A DNA stretch of 63,943 nucleotides, filler included, from Sandaracinaceae bacterium (GCA_947483975.1; 9 parts of 9 records of this genome joined end to end with filler, not necessarily neighbours in it), one strand, 5' to 3'; counted from the first letter of the whole stretch, positions 28,932-39,876 are shown. Made by a program: numbers and translations. The notes: generated by a model from the letters alone, not told the origin.

Positions 28932-29423
28932 CGCCCGCGCCGCAGACGGCAGGGGCGCGAGCGGGAGCCGCGCCGCGAGCTCGAGCGCCTCGGCGCGCAC
29001 CAGCCGCTCGAGCGCGCCCGGCAACAGCGACACGAAGCGCTGCCGCGTCACCACCGATGCGAGCGCCGCGCCGAGCACGCGCTCGAGCGGGTCGTCGACC
29101 GCCGAGTCGAGCACGAAGCCCGCGCGCATCGCCGTGATGCTCCAAGCGACGCGCAACACATAGAGCTCTTCGTTGCCCTCCACCGTCGGCGCGAGCGCGA
29201 TACGCGCCGGCAGCCGCAGCGTGCGCCCCACGAAGCCGCCGAGTTGCTCGGCCTCGCGTAGCTCCATCGGCGCCTCGGCGAGCGCAGAGGCGATGATGCG
29301 CAGTCGCTCGCGCAGGCCGTCGAGCGTCGCCTCTCGCGCCCGCTCAGCCGCCGTCGGGCGCGCCTTGCCGACGGAGCGGACGGCGCTCCACATCCAGCCG
29401 AAGAGCTTCTCGTCCCAGCCCAT
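28932..29423 (-). CDS. norD: NO reductase activation protein NorD, N-terminal part
   Basis: Follows norQ by 6 bp; MGWDE...LRLPARI N-terminus; VWA domain lost at contig end. Confidence 0.65.
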
Positions 29424-29429
29424 CGGACG

Positions 29430-30233
29430 TCACAGCATCAAGTCGACGACGTCCTGCATCGCGCGCAGCGTCGCCGGGTCGTCCGAGAGCGGCTGCACCA
29501 CCGCGGCGTTGCACGCTGCGCGGGCCGGGAGCCCAGCGCGCACGAGGCGCGCCGCCGCGACGAGGAGGCGAGTGCTCACCGTCTCGGCGAGCCCAAGCTC
29601 CCCGAGGCTCCGAATTCGCCGCCCGAGGGCGACGAGTCGCTTCGCCAGCGCGGGCTCGACGCCTGCCTCGCGCGCGACGATCTCGACCTCGATCGACTCC
29701 TCCGGATAGTCGAGCGCGAGCGCGACGAAGCGCTGCCGCGTCGAGGGTTTCAGGTCCTTCGGACCGCGCCGATAACCTGGGTTGAAGCTCGCGACGAGCA
29801 TGAACTCCCGCGGCGCGACCAGCGTCTCGTCGTGCCGATCGACGTGCAATTCGCGGCGGTGATCGCTGAGCGGATGCAGCACCACGATCACGTCCTCGCG
29901 CGCCTCGGCGACCTCGTCGAGGTAGAGGATCGCGCCCTGCCGCACGGCGCGCGTGACGGGACCGTCCTGCCACACCGTGTCGCCGCCGCGGATCAGCCAG
30001 CGCCCGAGCAGATCAGACGCGCTCGTCTCGTCGTTGCAGGCGACCGTCACCAGAGGCCGACCGAGCGTGGCCGCCATCGCCTCGACGAGGCGCGACTTGC
30101 CACAGCCCGTCGGCCCCTTGAGCAGGAGGGGCAGCTGGTGCTCGCAAGCGAACCGGAACACGTCGCACTCGCGTCCGACCGGCCGATAGTAGGGCTGCGC
30201 GCGCACCGACTCACCGCCCCCGCCGTCCATCAC
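29430..30233 (-). CDS. norQ: NorQ/CbbQ/NirQ AAA+ ATPase
   Basis: LLKGPTGCGKSR, YLDEV, SFNPGY, LKPSTRQRF, STRLLV. Confidence 0.93.
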   Translation of the reverse strand: MMDGGGGESVRAQPYYRPVGRECDVFRFACEHQLPLLLKGPTGCGKSRLVEAMAATLGRPLVTVACNDETSASDLLGRWLIRGGDTVWQDGPVTRAVRQGAILYLDEVAEAREDVIVVLHPLSDHRRELHVDRHDETLVAPREFMLVASFNPGYRRGPKDLKPSTRQRFVALALDYPEESIEVEIVAREAGVEPALAKRLVALGRRIRSLGELGLAETVSTRLLVAAARLVRAGLPARAACNAAVVQPLSDDPATLRAMQDVVDLML

Positions 30234-31624
30234 TCCGCCCCGCTCGGGGCAGCGACGACCGGCGCCGACGCGACCGCAGGCTCGACCGCGTCGCGCGAAG
30301 TGTCGAGCTCACCGACGGGCTTGCCGTGCTGAATGAAGTTCCAGATGAACGCGGTGATGCCGAGCGTGAACAGCGACGCGGCGAGGATCAGGCCCCAAAA
30401 GTGCACCTGGATCTCCGTCTGCACCTGCAGGAACTCCATCCCGACGCGGCGCTCGAGCACGACCTGCGTCACGCCCGCGACGGCGAACGCGAGCGTCATC
30501 GAGATCATGCCGATGTTCGATGCCCAGAAGGCGAAGGTCGCAGACGGCGCGTCGTAGAGGCGACGCCCTGTCAGCAGCGGCAGCGTGTAGGAGATGACCG
30601 CGAGGACGATCATCCCGTAGGCGCCCCAGAAGGCCATGTGCCCGTGCATCGCCGTGATCAGCGTGCCGTGCGTCCAGAGGTTCACCTGCGGGATGGTGTG
30701 CGCGAAGCCGAGGAAGCCCGCGCCGACGAACGAGAGGACGGAGCAACCGACCGTCCACGACAGCGCAGTGCGATTCGGGTGTGCGCGCCCCCCGCGCTTC
30801 GCCATCGAGATGCCGTACCAGGCCATGCCGAGGAACGCGAGCGGCTCGAGCGCGCTGAACGTCCCACCGATCATCAGCCAATACCGCGGAGTGCCGATGA
30901 AGTAGTAGTGATGGCCAGTGCCGAGAATGCCCGAGAGGAACGTCAGGCCGACGATCACATACAGCCACTTCTCGATGATCTCGCGGTCGACGCCGGTGAG
31001 CTTGATCAGCAGATAGCTGAGGATCGCCCCCATGATCAGCTCCCACACACCCTCGACCCAGAGATGAACGACCCACCAGCGCCAGTACGAGTCCATCGTC
31101 TGGTTCGCGGTCGGGATCATGCCGGGCAAATAGAGGAGCGCGGCCATCAAGAGCCCGAAGAAGAGCACGAGCGCGGTCGTGGTCTTCCGCTCGCTCTTCC
31201 ACAGCGTCATGCCGATGTTCGCGATGAACAGGAGCACGTCGATGACGACGAGGAAGTCGAGCGGCCTCGGGATCTCGAGGAATTTGCGCCCCTCCCACCA
31301 GTTGAGGTGAAAGCCGATGATGGCCGTGACGCCGACGATCACGAGGGCCGCGAGCTGCACGTAGGCGAGTCGTGGCCACTCGAGCTCGCGCTGCGACTCC
31401 TCGGGGATGATGAAGTACGCGGCGCCCATGAAGCCCGCCAGCAGCCACACGACGAGCAGATTCGTGTGGGTAGCGCGCGCAGCGTTGAAGGGAATCCACG
31501 GATGCAATCCGTCGAGCCCCACGTGCGCGAAGGCCATGATGAAGCCGTAGATGATCTGCAGGCTGAAGAGCAGCATACAGGTCGCGAAGAACCACCAGGC
31601 GACGCGTTGAGAGTTGTATTTCAC
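30230..31624 (-). CDS. norB: Nitric oxide reductase large subunit
   Basis: WWVVHLWVEGVWE, GTGHHYY, SALEP, HGHMAFWGAY. Confidence 0.95.
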   Translation of the reverse strand: MKYNSQRVAWWFFATCMLLFSLQIIYGFIMAFAHVGLDGLHPWIPFNAARATHTNLLVVWLLAGFMGAAYFIIPEESQRELEWPRLAYVQLAALVIVGVTAIIGFHLNWWEGRKFLEIPRPLDFLVVIDVLLFIANIGMTLWKSERKTTTALVLFFGLLMAALLYLPGMIPTANQTMDSYWRWWVVHLWVEGVWELIMGAILSYLLIKLTGVDREIIEKWLYVIVGLTFLSGILGTGHHYYFIGTPRYWLMIGGTFSALEPLAFLGMAWYGISMAKRGGRAHPNRTALSWTVGCSVLSFVGAGFLGFAHTIPQVNLWTHGTLITAMHGHMAFWGAYGMIVLAVISYTLPLLTGRRLYDAPSATFAFWASNIGMISMTLAFAVAGVTQVVLERRVGMEFLQVQTEIQVHFWGLILAASLFTLGITAFIWNFIQHGKPVGELDTSRDAVEPAVASAPVVAAPSGAE

Positions 31625-32337
31625 GGGGTCACCTGCCGGGCACGGAGGGTCGAGAGATAGGTGATGAGTTCGGCGATCTGCGCCTCAGTCAGCGGAAGCT
31701 TCGGCATGAGCGCTCCGCGCTTGACGGCGCCTGGGTCGTGCAGCCAGCGATTCAGATAGGCGGCGTCGCGGCGGTCGCCGACCCCGTCGAGGACCGGACC
31801 GACGTTGCCGCCGCGCCCCGCGACGGTGTGGCAGGCGACGCAGATCTGCCCGAAAACCCGCGGCCGACCGTCGTCCGGCGGCCCGCCCGCGGCCCCGGCG
31901 ATCGGCGGCGCAGCGCTCGAAGCGAGCACGGGCGACGGCGGGAAGCCGTTGAGGTCGATGTTCCCGATCCACTGGAAGAACGCGACCAAGTCGGCGATCT
32001 GCGCCTCGTTGAACCCGTACTTCGTCATCTGGCGCTGCCCCGGATACATCGCGGCCGGATCTCGCAGCATCGCGCTGATGAATTCCGGCCCTCGGCGGTC
32101 GTAGACGCGCGTCAACTCGGGTGCGTAATACGCCCCCTCGCCGAGGAGCGTGTGACAGCCCATGCAGTTGTTCGAATCCCACAGATCCTTGCCCCGATGG
32201 ACGGCAGGCGTGAGGTTTTCCTCGTGGGACTGCTTCGGCACGCGGGAGATCGTGTCGAGCGTGAGCAGAATGAAGGCGGTCGCGCACAGCCCTGTGCCGA
32301 CCAGGAAGAAGGTCCTTGCCGCGGATTTGGAGAGCAT
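31621..32337 (-). CDS. norC: Nitric oxide reductase cytochrome c subunit with a second heme-c domain
   Basis: CMGCHTLLGEGAYYAPELT plus a second CVACH...MP domain. Confidence 0.9.
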   Translation of the reverse strand: MLSKSAARTFFLVGTGLCATAFILLTLDTISRVPKQSHEENLTPAVHRGKDLWDSNNCMGCHTLLGEGAYYAPELTRVYDRRGPEFISAMLRDPAAMYPGQRQMTKYGFNEAQIADLVAFFQWIGNIDLNGFPPSPVLASSAAPPIAGAAGGPPDDGRPRVFGQICVACHTVAGRGGNVGPVLDGVGDRRDAAYLNRWLHDPGAVKRGALMPKLPLTEAQIAELITYLSTLRARQVTP

Positions 32338-32416
32338 TCGTCTTCCTCTCGGTCGCTCAGTGACAGCGACGAGCGAGTATGGAAAACCCAACTACGCGCC
32401 TCGGCAGGAGCGCGCT

Positions 32417-32430
32417 ATGACGCAGATCAG
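32417..32430. promoter_or_regulatory. Candidate CRP/FNR-family (DNR/NnrR-like) box
   Basis: ATGAC-GCAG-ATCAG (TGA-N6-TCA core) about 80 bp upstream of norC. Confidence 0.4.
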
Positions 32431-32477
32431 TTCCGCGCAAACAGTCGCAAGGCAGCGACTCCGGCTATGCTGGCGGC

Positions 32478-33377
32478 GTGCGTAAACGCAACCCACAGCC
32501 CAACCCTGCGACGCCCGGACCTCCGCTCCCCGGGGGAGACGAGCGCGGCCTCGTGGTGCACGCCGACAACCTCGTCGCCCTCGCGCGGGTCCCGGACGGT
32601 TCGGTCGATCTCGTGTACATCGATCCGCCCTTCAACACGGGGCGCGCGCAGAAGCGCCGCCGCGTGCGGTCGGTGCGCGATGAGGGCGGCGAGCACCTCG
32701 GCTTCGGCGGCAAGCGCTACCGCAGCGTGCGCGATCAGGCGGCGTCGAGCGTGACCTTCGCCGACGCCTTCGAGGACTTTCCGGCGTTCCTCGAACCGCG
32801 CCTCCGCGAGGCGCGCCGCGTCCTCGCCCCGCACGGCACGCTGTACGTGCACCTCGACTCGCGCGAGGCGCACTACATCAAGGTGCTGCTCGATCAGGTC
32901 TTCGGCCGCGAGTGCTTCCTCAACGAGCTCGTCTGGGCGTACGACTACGGAGGCCGCCCGCGGGATCGCTGGCCCGCGAAGCACGACGACATCCTCGTGT
33001 ACGTCCGGACTCCGGGGAAGCATGTGTTCAACCGCGACGAGATCGACAGACTCCCCTACATGGCCCCCAAGCTGGTCACTCCCGAGAAGGCCGCGCGCGG
33101 CAAGCTGCCGACGGATGTCTGGTGGCAGACCATCGTCAGCCCGACCGGCAAAGAGAAGACGGGCTATCCGACGCAGAAGCCCATCGCGGTCCTGGAGCGC
33201 ATCGTCCGCGCCTCGGCGCCGCCGGGCGGGCTCGTCTGCGACTTCTTCGCCGGCAGCGGCACGACGGGCGCGGCGTGCCTGCGCAACGGCAGACGTTTTC
33301 TGCTCGTGGACGCGAACCCTGAGGCCATCTCGGTGATGCGCGAGCGACTCGGCGTGGAGGGGATTCGCTATGCGTGA
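32478..33377 (+). CDS. Orphan N6/N4 DNA methyltransferase (beta class)
   Basis: DPPF precedes YPTQKP and DFFAGSGTTG; start uncertain. Confidence 0.9.
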   Translation: MRKRNPQPNPATPGPPLPGGDERGLVVHADNLVALARVPDGSVDLVYIDPPFNTGRAQKRRRVRSVRDEGGEHLGFGGKRYRSVRDQAASSVTFADAFEDFPAFLEPRLREARRVLAPHGTLYVHLDSREAHYIKVLLDQVFGRECFLNELVWAYDYGGRPRDRWPAKHDDILVYVRTPGKHVFNRDEIDRLPYMAPKLVTPEKAARGKLPTDVWWQTIVSPTGKEKTGYPTQKPIAVLERIVRASAPPGGLVCDFFAGSGTTGAACLRNGRRFLLVDANPEAISVMRERLGVEGIRYA

Positions 33378-34845
33378 GCGAGGCTCGGGAGCGCGGCACG
33401 CATGGCGTGGAAACGGCGCGCACACCGTCGGAGTATCGGCGCTGCTGTTCGCGCTCAGCGTCGGCTGCGGGAGCGCCGTGCAGTCGAAGCCGGACGCGGG
33501 CGACGCTCCTCGCGACGCAGGGCGCAGCGACGCGGGAGGCCGCGACGGCGCGACGCCGACAGACGCGAGCGAGCCCGACGACGCCGCCCTCGACGACGCG
33601 GGGCCCGAGCCTGCGCTCGTGCGCTCGACGGACTTCGCCGAGGACCCCGCCGAGGTGCGGAATCCCGATCGGGGCTTCTATTGGTGGGATTGGAACGACG
33701 CGGCGTCGCTCGTCCTCGTCCAAGGACTGCTGGCCGAGCAGTGCGGCACCGCGACACTCCCACCCTCGGTGTCGACCGCGCTGCGCGCGCGCCTCGACGC
33801 GCACCGCGCCGCAGGACGCCGCGTGATCCTGCGGTTTCTCTATGCCGACGACGGGCTGCTCAATCCGTGCGGGCTCGCGGACGCCGAGAGCATCGAGTTG
33901 GTCGAGGGGCATATCGCGCAGCTCGCGAGTCTCCTGCACGACTACGTCGATGTGATCGCCTTCGTGGAGGCGGGGTTTCTCGGGATGTGGGGAGAGTGGA
34001 ACGCGGAGTTTGCCCCGCCCGGGACGTCGCTCTCTGCGAGCGCGGACAACCGTCGCCGCACGCTGCGAGCGCTGCTCGACGCGGTCCCGCCCGAGCGCGC
34101 GATCCTCGTCAGGCGCCCGCGCTTTCGAGACGAGCTGCCGTTCACCGCGGCGGAGCTCGCGCGCATCGGCTTTCACGACGACTGCTTGTTCGCCGACGCG
34201 AGCGACGCCGGCACCTACGACGGCGCGCGGTCCATCGCGGAGTGGAAGTCGTATATCCGCACCGCGACGTCCGCGGTCCCGCTCGGCGGCGAGACCTGCG
34301 CCGACACACCCGCCTATACGAACTGCGCGAACGCGCTGACCGAGCTGGCGGCGCTCCGCTACACCTACGTTCACGAGGGCTATTCGCCGGAGGTCATCGC
34401 GCGCTGGGACGCCGAGGGCTGCCTCCCCGAGCTCCGGCGCCGGCTCGGCTATCGCATCGTCGTGCGCGCGGTCGAGGCGCCGCTCAGCGTGCTCCCGAGC
34501 GGCGTGCTGCGCGTGCGGCTCGAGCTCGAGAACGTAGGATTTGCCCCGCCGTACTCCACGCGACGGCTGCGCGTGATCCTGCGGCGAGGGGCCGAGTCGC
34601 ACTCGCTCGTGCCGTTCGAGTCCCTCGGCGCCGATACCCGCGCTTGGGCGCCCGGCGCGACCCTGGCAGTCGAGCTCGCCGCGCGGCTCCCGGCGGGGCT
34701 CGCCTCAGGGACTTGGGAGGTGCGAGTCGCGGTCCTCGAGGACACGAGCGAGGCGCCCGCCTATGCGCTCGTGTTCGCGAACGACGCCCGCGTCCGCGAC
34801 GACGCGCTCAGGGAGAACATCGTCGCGAGCGTCGTCGTGCCGTGA
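33370..34845 (+). CDS. DUF4832/DUF4874-type glycoside-hydrolase-like lipoprotein
   Basis: NPDRGFY, AGFLGMWGEW, GFHDDC, GGETC, RRLGYR, NVGFAP. Confidence 0.75.
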   Translation: MRERGSGARHAWRGNGAHTVGVSALLFALSVGCGSAVQSKPDAGDAPRDAGRSDAGGRDGATPTDASEPDDAALDDAGPEPALVRSTDFAEDPAEVRNPDRGFYWWDWNDAASLVLVQGLLAEQCGTATLPPSVSTALRARLDAHRAAGRRVILRFLYADDGLLNPCGLADAESIELVEGHIAQLASLLHDYVDVIAFVEAGFLGMWGEWNAEFAPPGTSLSASADNRRRTLRALLDAVPPERAILVRRPRFRDELPFTAAELARIGFHDDCLFADASDAGTYDGARSIAEWKSYIRTATSAVPLGGETCADTPAYTNCANALTELAALRYTYVHEGYSPEVIARWDAEGCLPELRRRLGYRIVVRAVEAPLSVLPSGVLRVRLELENVGFAPPYSTRRLRVILRRGAESHSLVPFESLGADTRAWAPGATLAVELAARLPAGLASGTWEVRVAVLEDTSEAPAYALVFANDARVRDDALRENIVASVVVP

Positions 34846-35001
34846 GCTGGAGCTCTGCCCCGCGCGCGCCCGTCAGCGAATGAAGTAGCCCGACACTCGC
34901 CACTGTCCGTCGGGATCGAGCAGCGGCATCGAGGCGTGCCAGCCCGAAGACGACTGCGGTCGCCGCGTCGGCCGGACCCAGTCTCGTGTAGGCTCTACGC
35001 C

Positions 35002-36038
35002 GTGGCGGAACCTGCCAGGTGTCTCGGCTGCGGTGGAACGCACTTCGCGGGCGAGCGACTCTGCCCGCGGACGAGGCGCCCCGTCGAGGAGGGGGCGTTC
35101 GGCTCGCTCGTCGGGCCGTATCGCGTCGGCAAGCTGCTCGGCGCGGGCGGCTTCGGCTCGGTGCACGTGGCTGACGACACGCGCGACGGGACCAGCGTCG
35201 CGTTGAAGCTGCTGCACCCGGAGCTCGTCGCGGATCCTGCGATGCTCGACCGCTTCACCCGCGAGGCCGAGGTCACCATCCGCGCGGGCAACCCGCACAT
35301 CGTGCGCGTGCTCGAGGCCTCGTTCTCGGGCCGCTCGGTGTACGTCGCGCTCGAGCTGCTCTCCGGCGAGACCCTCGCGAACGCGCTCCGCGGCGGTTCG
35401 CTCGAGGCGGAGCGCGCCGTGGACATCGCGATTCAGATGCTCGACGGGCTCGCGGTCGTGCACGCCGCGGGCGTGATTCACCGCGACATCAAGCCAGCGA
35501 ACGTCTTCCTCGCGGACGAGCCCGACGCGCCGGGCTCGCTCGTCAAACTCCTCGACTTCGGCATCGGCCGGATGCTCGCCGCCGACCAGAATCAGCGCCT
35601 CACGCGCACGGGCGCGCAGCTCGGCACTCCCCACTTCATGGCGCCCGAGCAGGTCGCCGACGCCAAGCGCGCGGACGCGCGCGCCGACCTCTACGCCGTC
35701 GCGGTGACGCTCTTCGCGATGCTCTCCGGCGAGCGCCCCTATGGGAACGCCTCGGTCGGTGAATGGATCGCGCTCGTCACGGCGGGCACCGCGCCGCCGC
35801 GCGTGACGTCCTCGCTCGGACCGCTGCCCCAAGCGCTCGTCGACGCCCTCGCGGTCGCGCTCTCCGTGGAGCCCGCGCGGCGCTTTCAGGACGCTGGCGC
35901 CTTCGCGCGCGCGCTGCTCGACTCGCTCCCGAACTCGCCCGCGCGGACGCGCAAGCTGCCGGCGCTCGCGACGACGCCGACCTTCCACACGCCGCCGGTC
36001 TGGCCTGCGCCGGCGGGCGACGTCAGAGCGACCGCTGC
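35002..36038 (+). CDS. Ser/Thr protein kinase (3' truncated)
   Basis: LGAGGFG, VALK, HRDIKPAN, DFG, APE. Confidence 0.93.
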
Positions 36039-36138
36039 NNNNNNNNNNNNNNNNNNNNNNNNNNNNNNNNNNNNNNNNNNNNTTAATTAATTAANNNNNN
36101 NNNNNNNNNNNNNNNNNNNNNNNNNNNNNNNNNNNNNN
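36039..36138. other. Artificial contig linker
   Basis: N-TTAATTAATTAA-N. Confidence 0.99.
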
Positions 36139-37271
36139 ACGGGGAGCGTCGCGCCGCTCTTGCTCGCGAGCAGCAGCAGCGTCGGGCACGCCGCGCGCGG
36201 CACGACGACGTGCACGGGCGCCGCGGTGTGCGTGAGCTCGACGAGCGGCGCCCCGCCCGGCGGCGCGACGACACGATCCGGCGCCTGAAAGCGCTGATCG
36301 AAGTAGCGCTCGAGCGGCTCCGCACAGACCGTGCGCACGATCGCGCCCTGACCCTCCTCGAGCTCGATGTCGAGCCCCTGCGCGCCTTGGGAGACGTCGA
36401 TCGGCCCGACGACGTCGAGCCCGCCCGGCCACACGCGCGACCGCTGATTCACCGACCAAGGCTGCGTCGTCTCCTCGGGATACGGACGCTCCGGCGTCTC
36501 TCCGCGCGAGAGCGCGCCGACCATGAAGTCGACCTGCCGGCGGTCGAGCGCGTACGTCATCGTGAAGCCGCCGCCGAGCCGCTCGCGCAATTGCGTCGAG
36601 CCGATCTCCGCGACCTGGTCCCGCGCCATCTCGCTCGGGCTCGTGCCGAAGACGGGCATCACGCCGCCGACGACCGACGTGAAGAAGCCCGTCGCCTCCG
36701 CCGTGACGAGCCCGCGCGGGGTGATGTGCGCGCTCACCGCGCCGCCCTCCGGCGGGCGCATCCACAAGGTCGCGAGCCTGCGCGCGCGGTCGTAGCCGAC
36801 GTCGATGTCCACGCTCAGCGAGGCGTCCATGTCGACGAGCAGATACTGCCGCACGCGGAAGCCCGACGACTCGCGGTCGACCCACGTCCAGCCCATGCCG
36901 CCCATCATCAGCGCGAGGTGCCCATCGCGGATCTGCGCCTCACAGCGCCGGATCCACCAGCGCCCGACGCTCGCCTGCTTGCCCGCCGCGGGGCCGTGCG
37001 CGTCGCCCTCGCCCGGTAGCCCGATGTAGCTGCCGAGGAGCCGCGGACAGAGCTGCGGAGTCAGCACCTCGGTCAGCAGCGCGGCGACCTCGTCGTCGTG
37101 CGCCGTGGCGTCGCTGACGGGGGCCTCTCCGCCGCTGCCGCCAGCGGTCGCGGTGTTCGCCGAGGCGGTGTTCGCCGTGGTGGCGGTCGCCGTCGCAGTG
37201 CCGCCGCCGCAGCCGACGAGCGCCCACAGCATCACTACGCTTGATCCGAACGATGGGATTCGAAGTCGCAT
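36139..37271 (-). CDS. Hypothetical lipoprotein (3' truncated)
   Basis: LVGC lipobox, Thr/Ala linker, globular body. Confidence 0.7.
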
Positions 37272-37401
37272 CTCGATTCCTGATGTGGGGCGGGGCACCT
37301 CCTCCGCCGAGCGCTCGTTCGGCGACGAGGTGCGCCTCGACCCGAACAGCGAGACCTGGTTCCCGGCAAGTCGCGAGAACATTTCTGTTATAACGCGCGC
37401 A

Positions 37402-38073
37402 GTGGATCTCGCAGGGGTGATTGTGGCGGAGGGGCTCGTCGCGGCTGCGGCGGTCGAGGAGGCGCGCCTCGAGTCCGTGCAGGCCTCGCGGCCGCTCGCC
37501 GAGGTCCTCGTCGATCGCGGCCTCGTCAACGAGGGCGTGCTCGCTGATGCGCTCGCGCGCGCCGCCGGTAGGACCGTCGTCGACCTCGCGGGCGGCTCGC
37601 TCGACGCGGAGGTCGTGCATCTCGTCCCCGAGGAGCTCGCGCGCCGCTACCTCGCCGTGCCCGTCGCGCCCGATCGCCTGACGGCCTCTCTGCGCGTCGC
37701 CTTCGTGGATCCCTTCGACACGGCGGCGATCGCCGCGGTCCAAGAGGTGACGGGCCTCGACGTCGACGTGCTCGTCACGACGGTGTCCGCGCTCCGCGCG
37801 CTGCTCGATCGCCAATACGGGCGCCCCGAGCGCTCGAGTCGCTTCCTCATCCCCGTCGACAAGGAAGACGACCTCGCGCCCGAGACGACCCGGCGCACCG
37901 ACGTCGAACCTCGCGCCGAGCGCGGCTACGGGACCGCGCCCGCCTATCGCATCAACGAAGAGGCGACCCCCGAGCAGCGACACGAGGCGTTGTTGCTCGC
38001 GCTGATCGAAGCCGGAGCGCTGTCCCGCGCGGACTATCTCGCGGTGCTGAGACGCCTCGTCGAGCCCCGCTGA
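37402..38073 (+). CDS. Stand-alone MshEN/T2SSE_N-domain protein
   Basis: PLAEVLVDRGLV, VPEELARRYLAVPV, LRVAFVDP; no ATPase domain. Confidence 0.8.
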   Translation: MDLAGVIVAEGLVAAAAVEEARLESVQASRPLAEVLVDRGLVNEGVLADALARAAGRTVVDLAGGSLDAEVVHLVPEELARRYLAVPVAPDRLTASLRVAFVDPFDTAAIAAVQEVTGLDVDVLVTTVSALRALLDRQYGRPERSSRFLIPVDKEDDLAPETTRRTDVEPRAERGYGTAPAYRINEEATPEQRHEALLLALIEAGALSRADYLAVLRRLVEPR

Positions 38074-38271
38074 GGCGCACTCGTGACTCCGCGCGTCACG
38101 TGCATTTCCTGACATCCGTGGAGCGACCGCGACTCCCGAGTCACGCTGCGCAGCGCGTCATTTGCAGGGGATTGCGCAAATTGCCGACGTTCTCGCGGCG
38201 GCCTGAGAAGTGCTTGAACGCTGCGTAGAGCACCGCATGGAATCTATCGTTGTAGGCGCCGGCGCCCATCC

Positions 38272-38300
38272 TTGACACCGTTGCGAGACACCCATACGGT
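38272..38300 (+). promoter_or_regulatory. Sigma70-like promoter
   Basis: TTGACA-N17-TACGGT upstream of a GGAGGT RBS. Confidence 0.5.
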
Positions 38301-38361
38301 TCGCGCGCGTGTACGCGGTCGACACAAATCACCGCTTCCTAAGGCTTTCGGAGGTTTACAG

Positions 38362-39876
38362 ATGAATAGGCAGTGGGGCTCTCTCGGATTGTTCGTGGCG
38401 CTGGCGATGGTCGGCGTGGGCTGTGGCGATGACGATGTCGTGGCCACCGACGGCGGCCACATCATCACTCTCGATTCGGGAGCTGATTCTGGCCCGAGCG
38501 ACGGCGGCGCGGACCTCGGTCCCGTGGCCGACGGCGGTCCTTCCTGCGCGGTCGGTCGCGCCTGCGACGTGGCGCGCGGCTGCAACGGCCTGCTCGCCTG
38601 TCAGGACGAGATTGCGTACACGCAGGGCGGCGCCATGGGCGAGCCTGTCTACCTGCCGGACGGCGGGACCACGATGTACAACGGCCTGTACTTCCAGGGC
38701 GGCTACTGCACGAACGCCGACATCTCGAACGCCGGCTCGCGCGAGGGCGCGCCGGGCGCTTGTGACCCGAACCCGGCCGACACCACCCCCGGCATGGACG
38801 GCTGCCCCGCCTGCGCGAAGTGCACCTCGATCGGCCCCGACGCGATGGGCATCAACATCGTGCAGTGTTATCAGCGCTGCTCGCCGAGCGCGACGAGCAA
38901 CCCCTGCCGCGCCGGCTACACCTGTGACTTCGGCAGCCAGGTCTGCATCTTCGGCTGCCAGACCGACCAGGAGTGTCAGCTCTACCGCGCGGACACGAAC
39001 GGCAACGGCGTGCTCGAGTCGGATCCCCCCGCGGCCGGCGGCGTTCCCCCGGACCACCTGACCCTCGACGTCGCGGGCGGCGCGACCTGCAGCGCGACCA
39101 CCGGTCGCTGCACGCAGCCCGGCGCGGCCGGCGCGACCTCGGGTAGCACCTGCGTCCTCGACAGCCAGTGCGAGATGGACGGCCGCTGCCTCAGCGAGCT
39201 CAGCTATCCCGCGTTCACCGACGGCTTCTGCACGAAGTTCGGCTGCGACGTCCTCGGCTGCGCCGCCGGCGGCAAGTGCCTCGACCTCGGCGGCGGCACG
39301 AACCTCTGCACGACCCCCTGCAAGATCAACAGCGTCGCCGCGGACGCGAACACGGGCGTCGGCTCGCACGACGACTCCTGCCGCCCCGGCTTCGCCTGCT
39401 TCTGGGACGGCCTGAGCTCCCCCGCCGTCGCCATCAACGGCGGCTGCTTCCCCGGCAACTACAACGCCGTCACCACCGAGAACATCGGCTCTTCCTGCAA
39501 CGACCCGGACGGCCCGGCGGGCGACCGCAGCTCCGACGAGCAGTGCTGGTCGCCGTACGGCCTCGGCCGCTGCATCTTCGATGCGACGGTCGGCTCCTGC
39601 ACGATCCTCGGCTGCTCGATGCTCCCGACCGACGCGTGCGGCACGGGCAACTCCTGCGTCGACCTCGGCGGCGGCACCTCGGCGTGTCTCCGTGACTGCA
39701 CCGCGGCGACGGATTGCAGCGCGGACGCGGGTCGCCCGACCTTCGGCTGCGTCGACCTCCTCAGCACCGGCGCCAAGAAGTGCTGGCCCGGCTGTCTCGC
39801 GACCGCCGACTGCAACACCGGCTACGTCTGCAACGGCGCGACGGCGACCTCGCTCGGCGAGTGCGTGCTGATGTAG
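38362..39876 (+). CDS. Cys-rich myxobacterial-type lipoprotein
   Basis: GVGC lipobox, strong RBS, many GYCT/GFCT..C and C.DLGGG..C modules. Confidence 0.85.
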   Translation: MNRQWGSLGLFVALAMVGVGCGDDDVVATDGGHIITLDSGADSGPSDGGADLGPVADGGPSCAVGRACDVARGCNGLLACQDEIAYTQGGAMGEPVYLPDGGTTMYNGLYFQGGYCTNADISNAGSREGAPGACDPNPADTTPGMDGCPACAKCTSIGPDAMGINIVQCYQRCSPSATSNPCRAGYTCDFGSQVCIFGCQTDQECQLYRADTNGNGVLESDPPAAGGVPPDHLTLDVAGGATCSATTGRCTQPGAAGATSGSTCVLDSQCEMDGRCLSELSYPAFTDGFCTKFGCDVLGCAAGGKCLDLGGGTNLCTTPCKINSVAADANTGVGSHDDSCRPGFACFWDGLSSPAVAINGGCFPGNYNAVTTENIGSSCNDPDGPAGDRSSDEQCWSPYGLGRCIFDATVGSCTILGCSMLPTDACGTGNSCVDLGGGTSACLRDCTAATDCSADAGRPTFGCVDLLSTGAKKCWPGCLATADCNTGYVCNGATATSLGECVLM

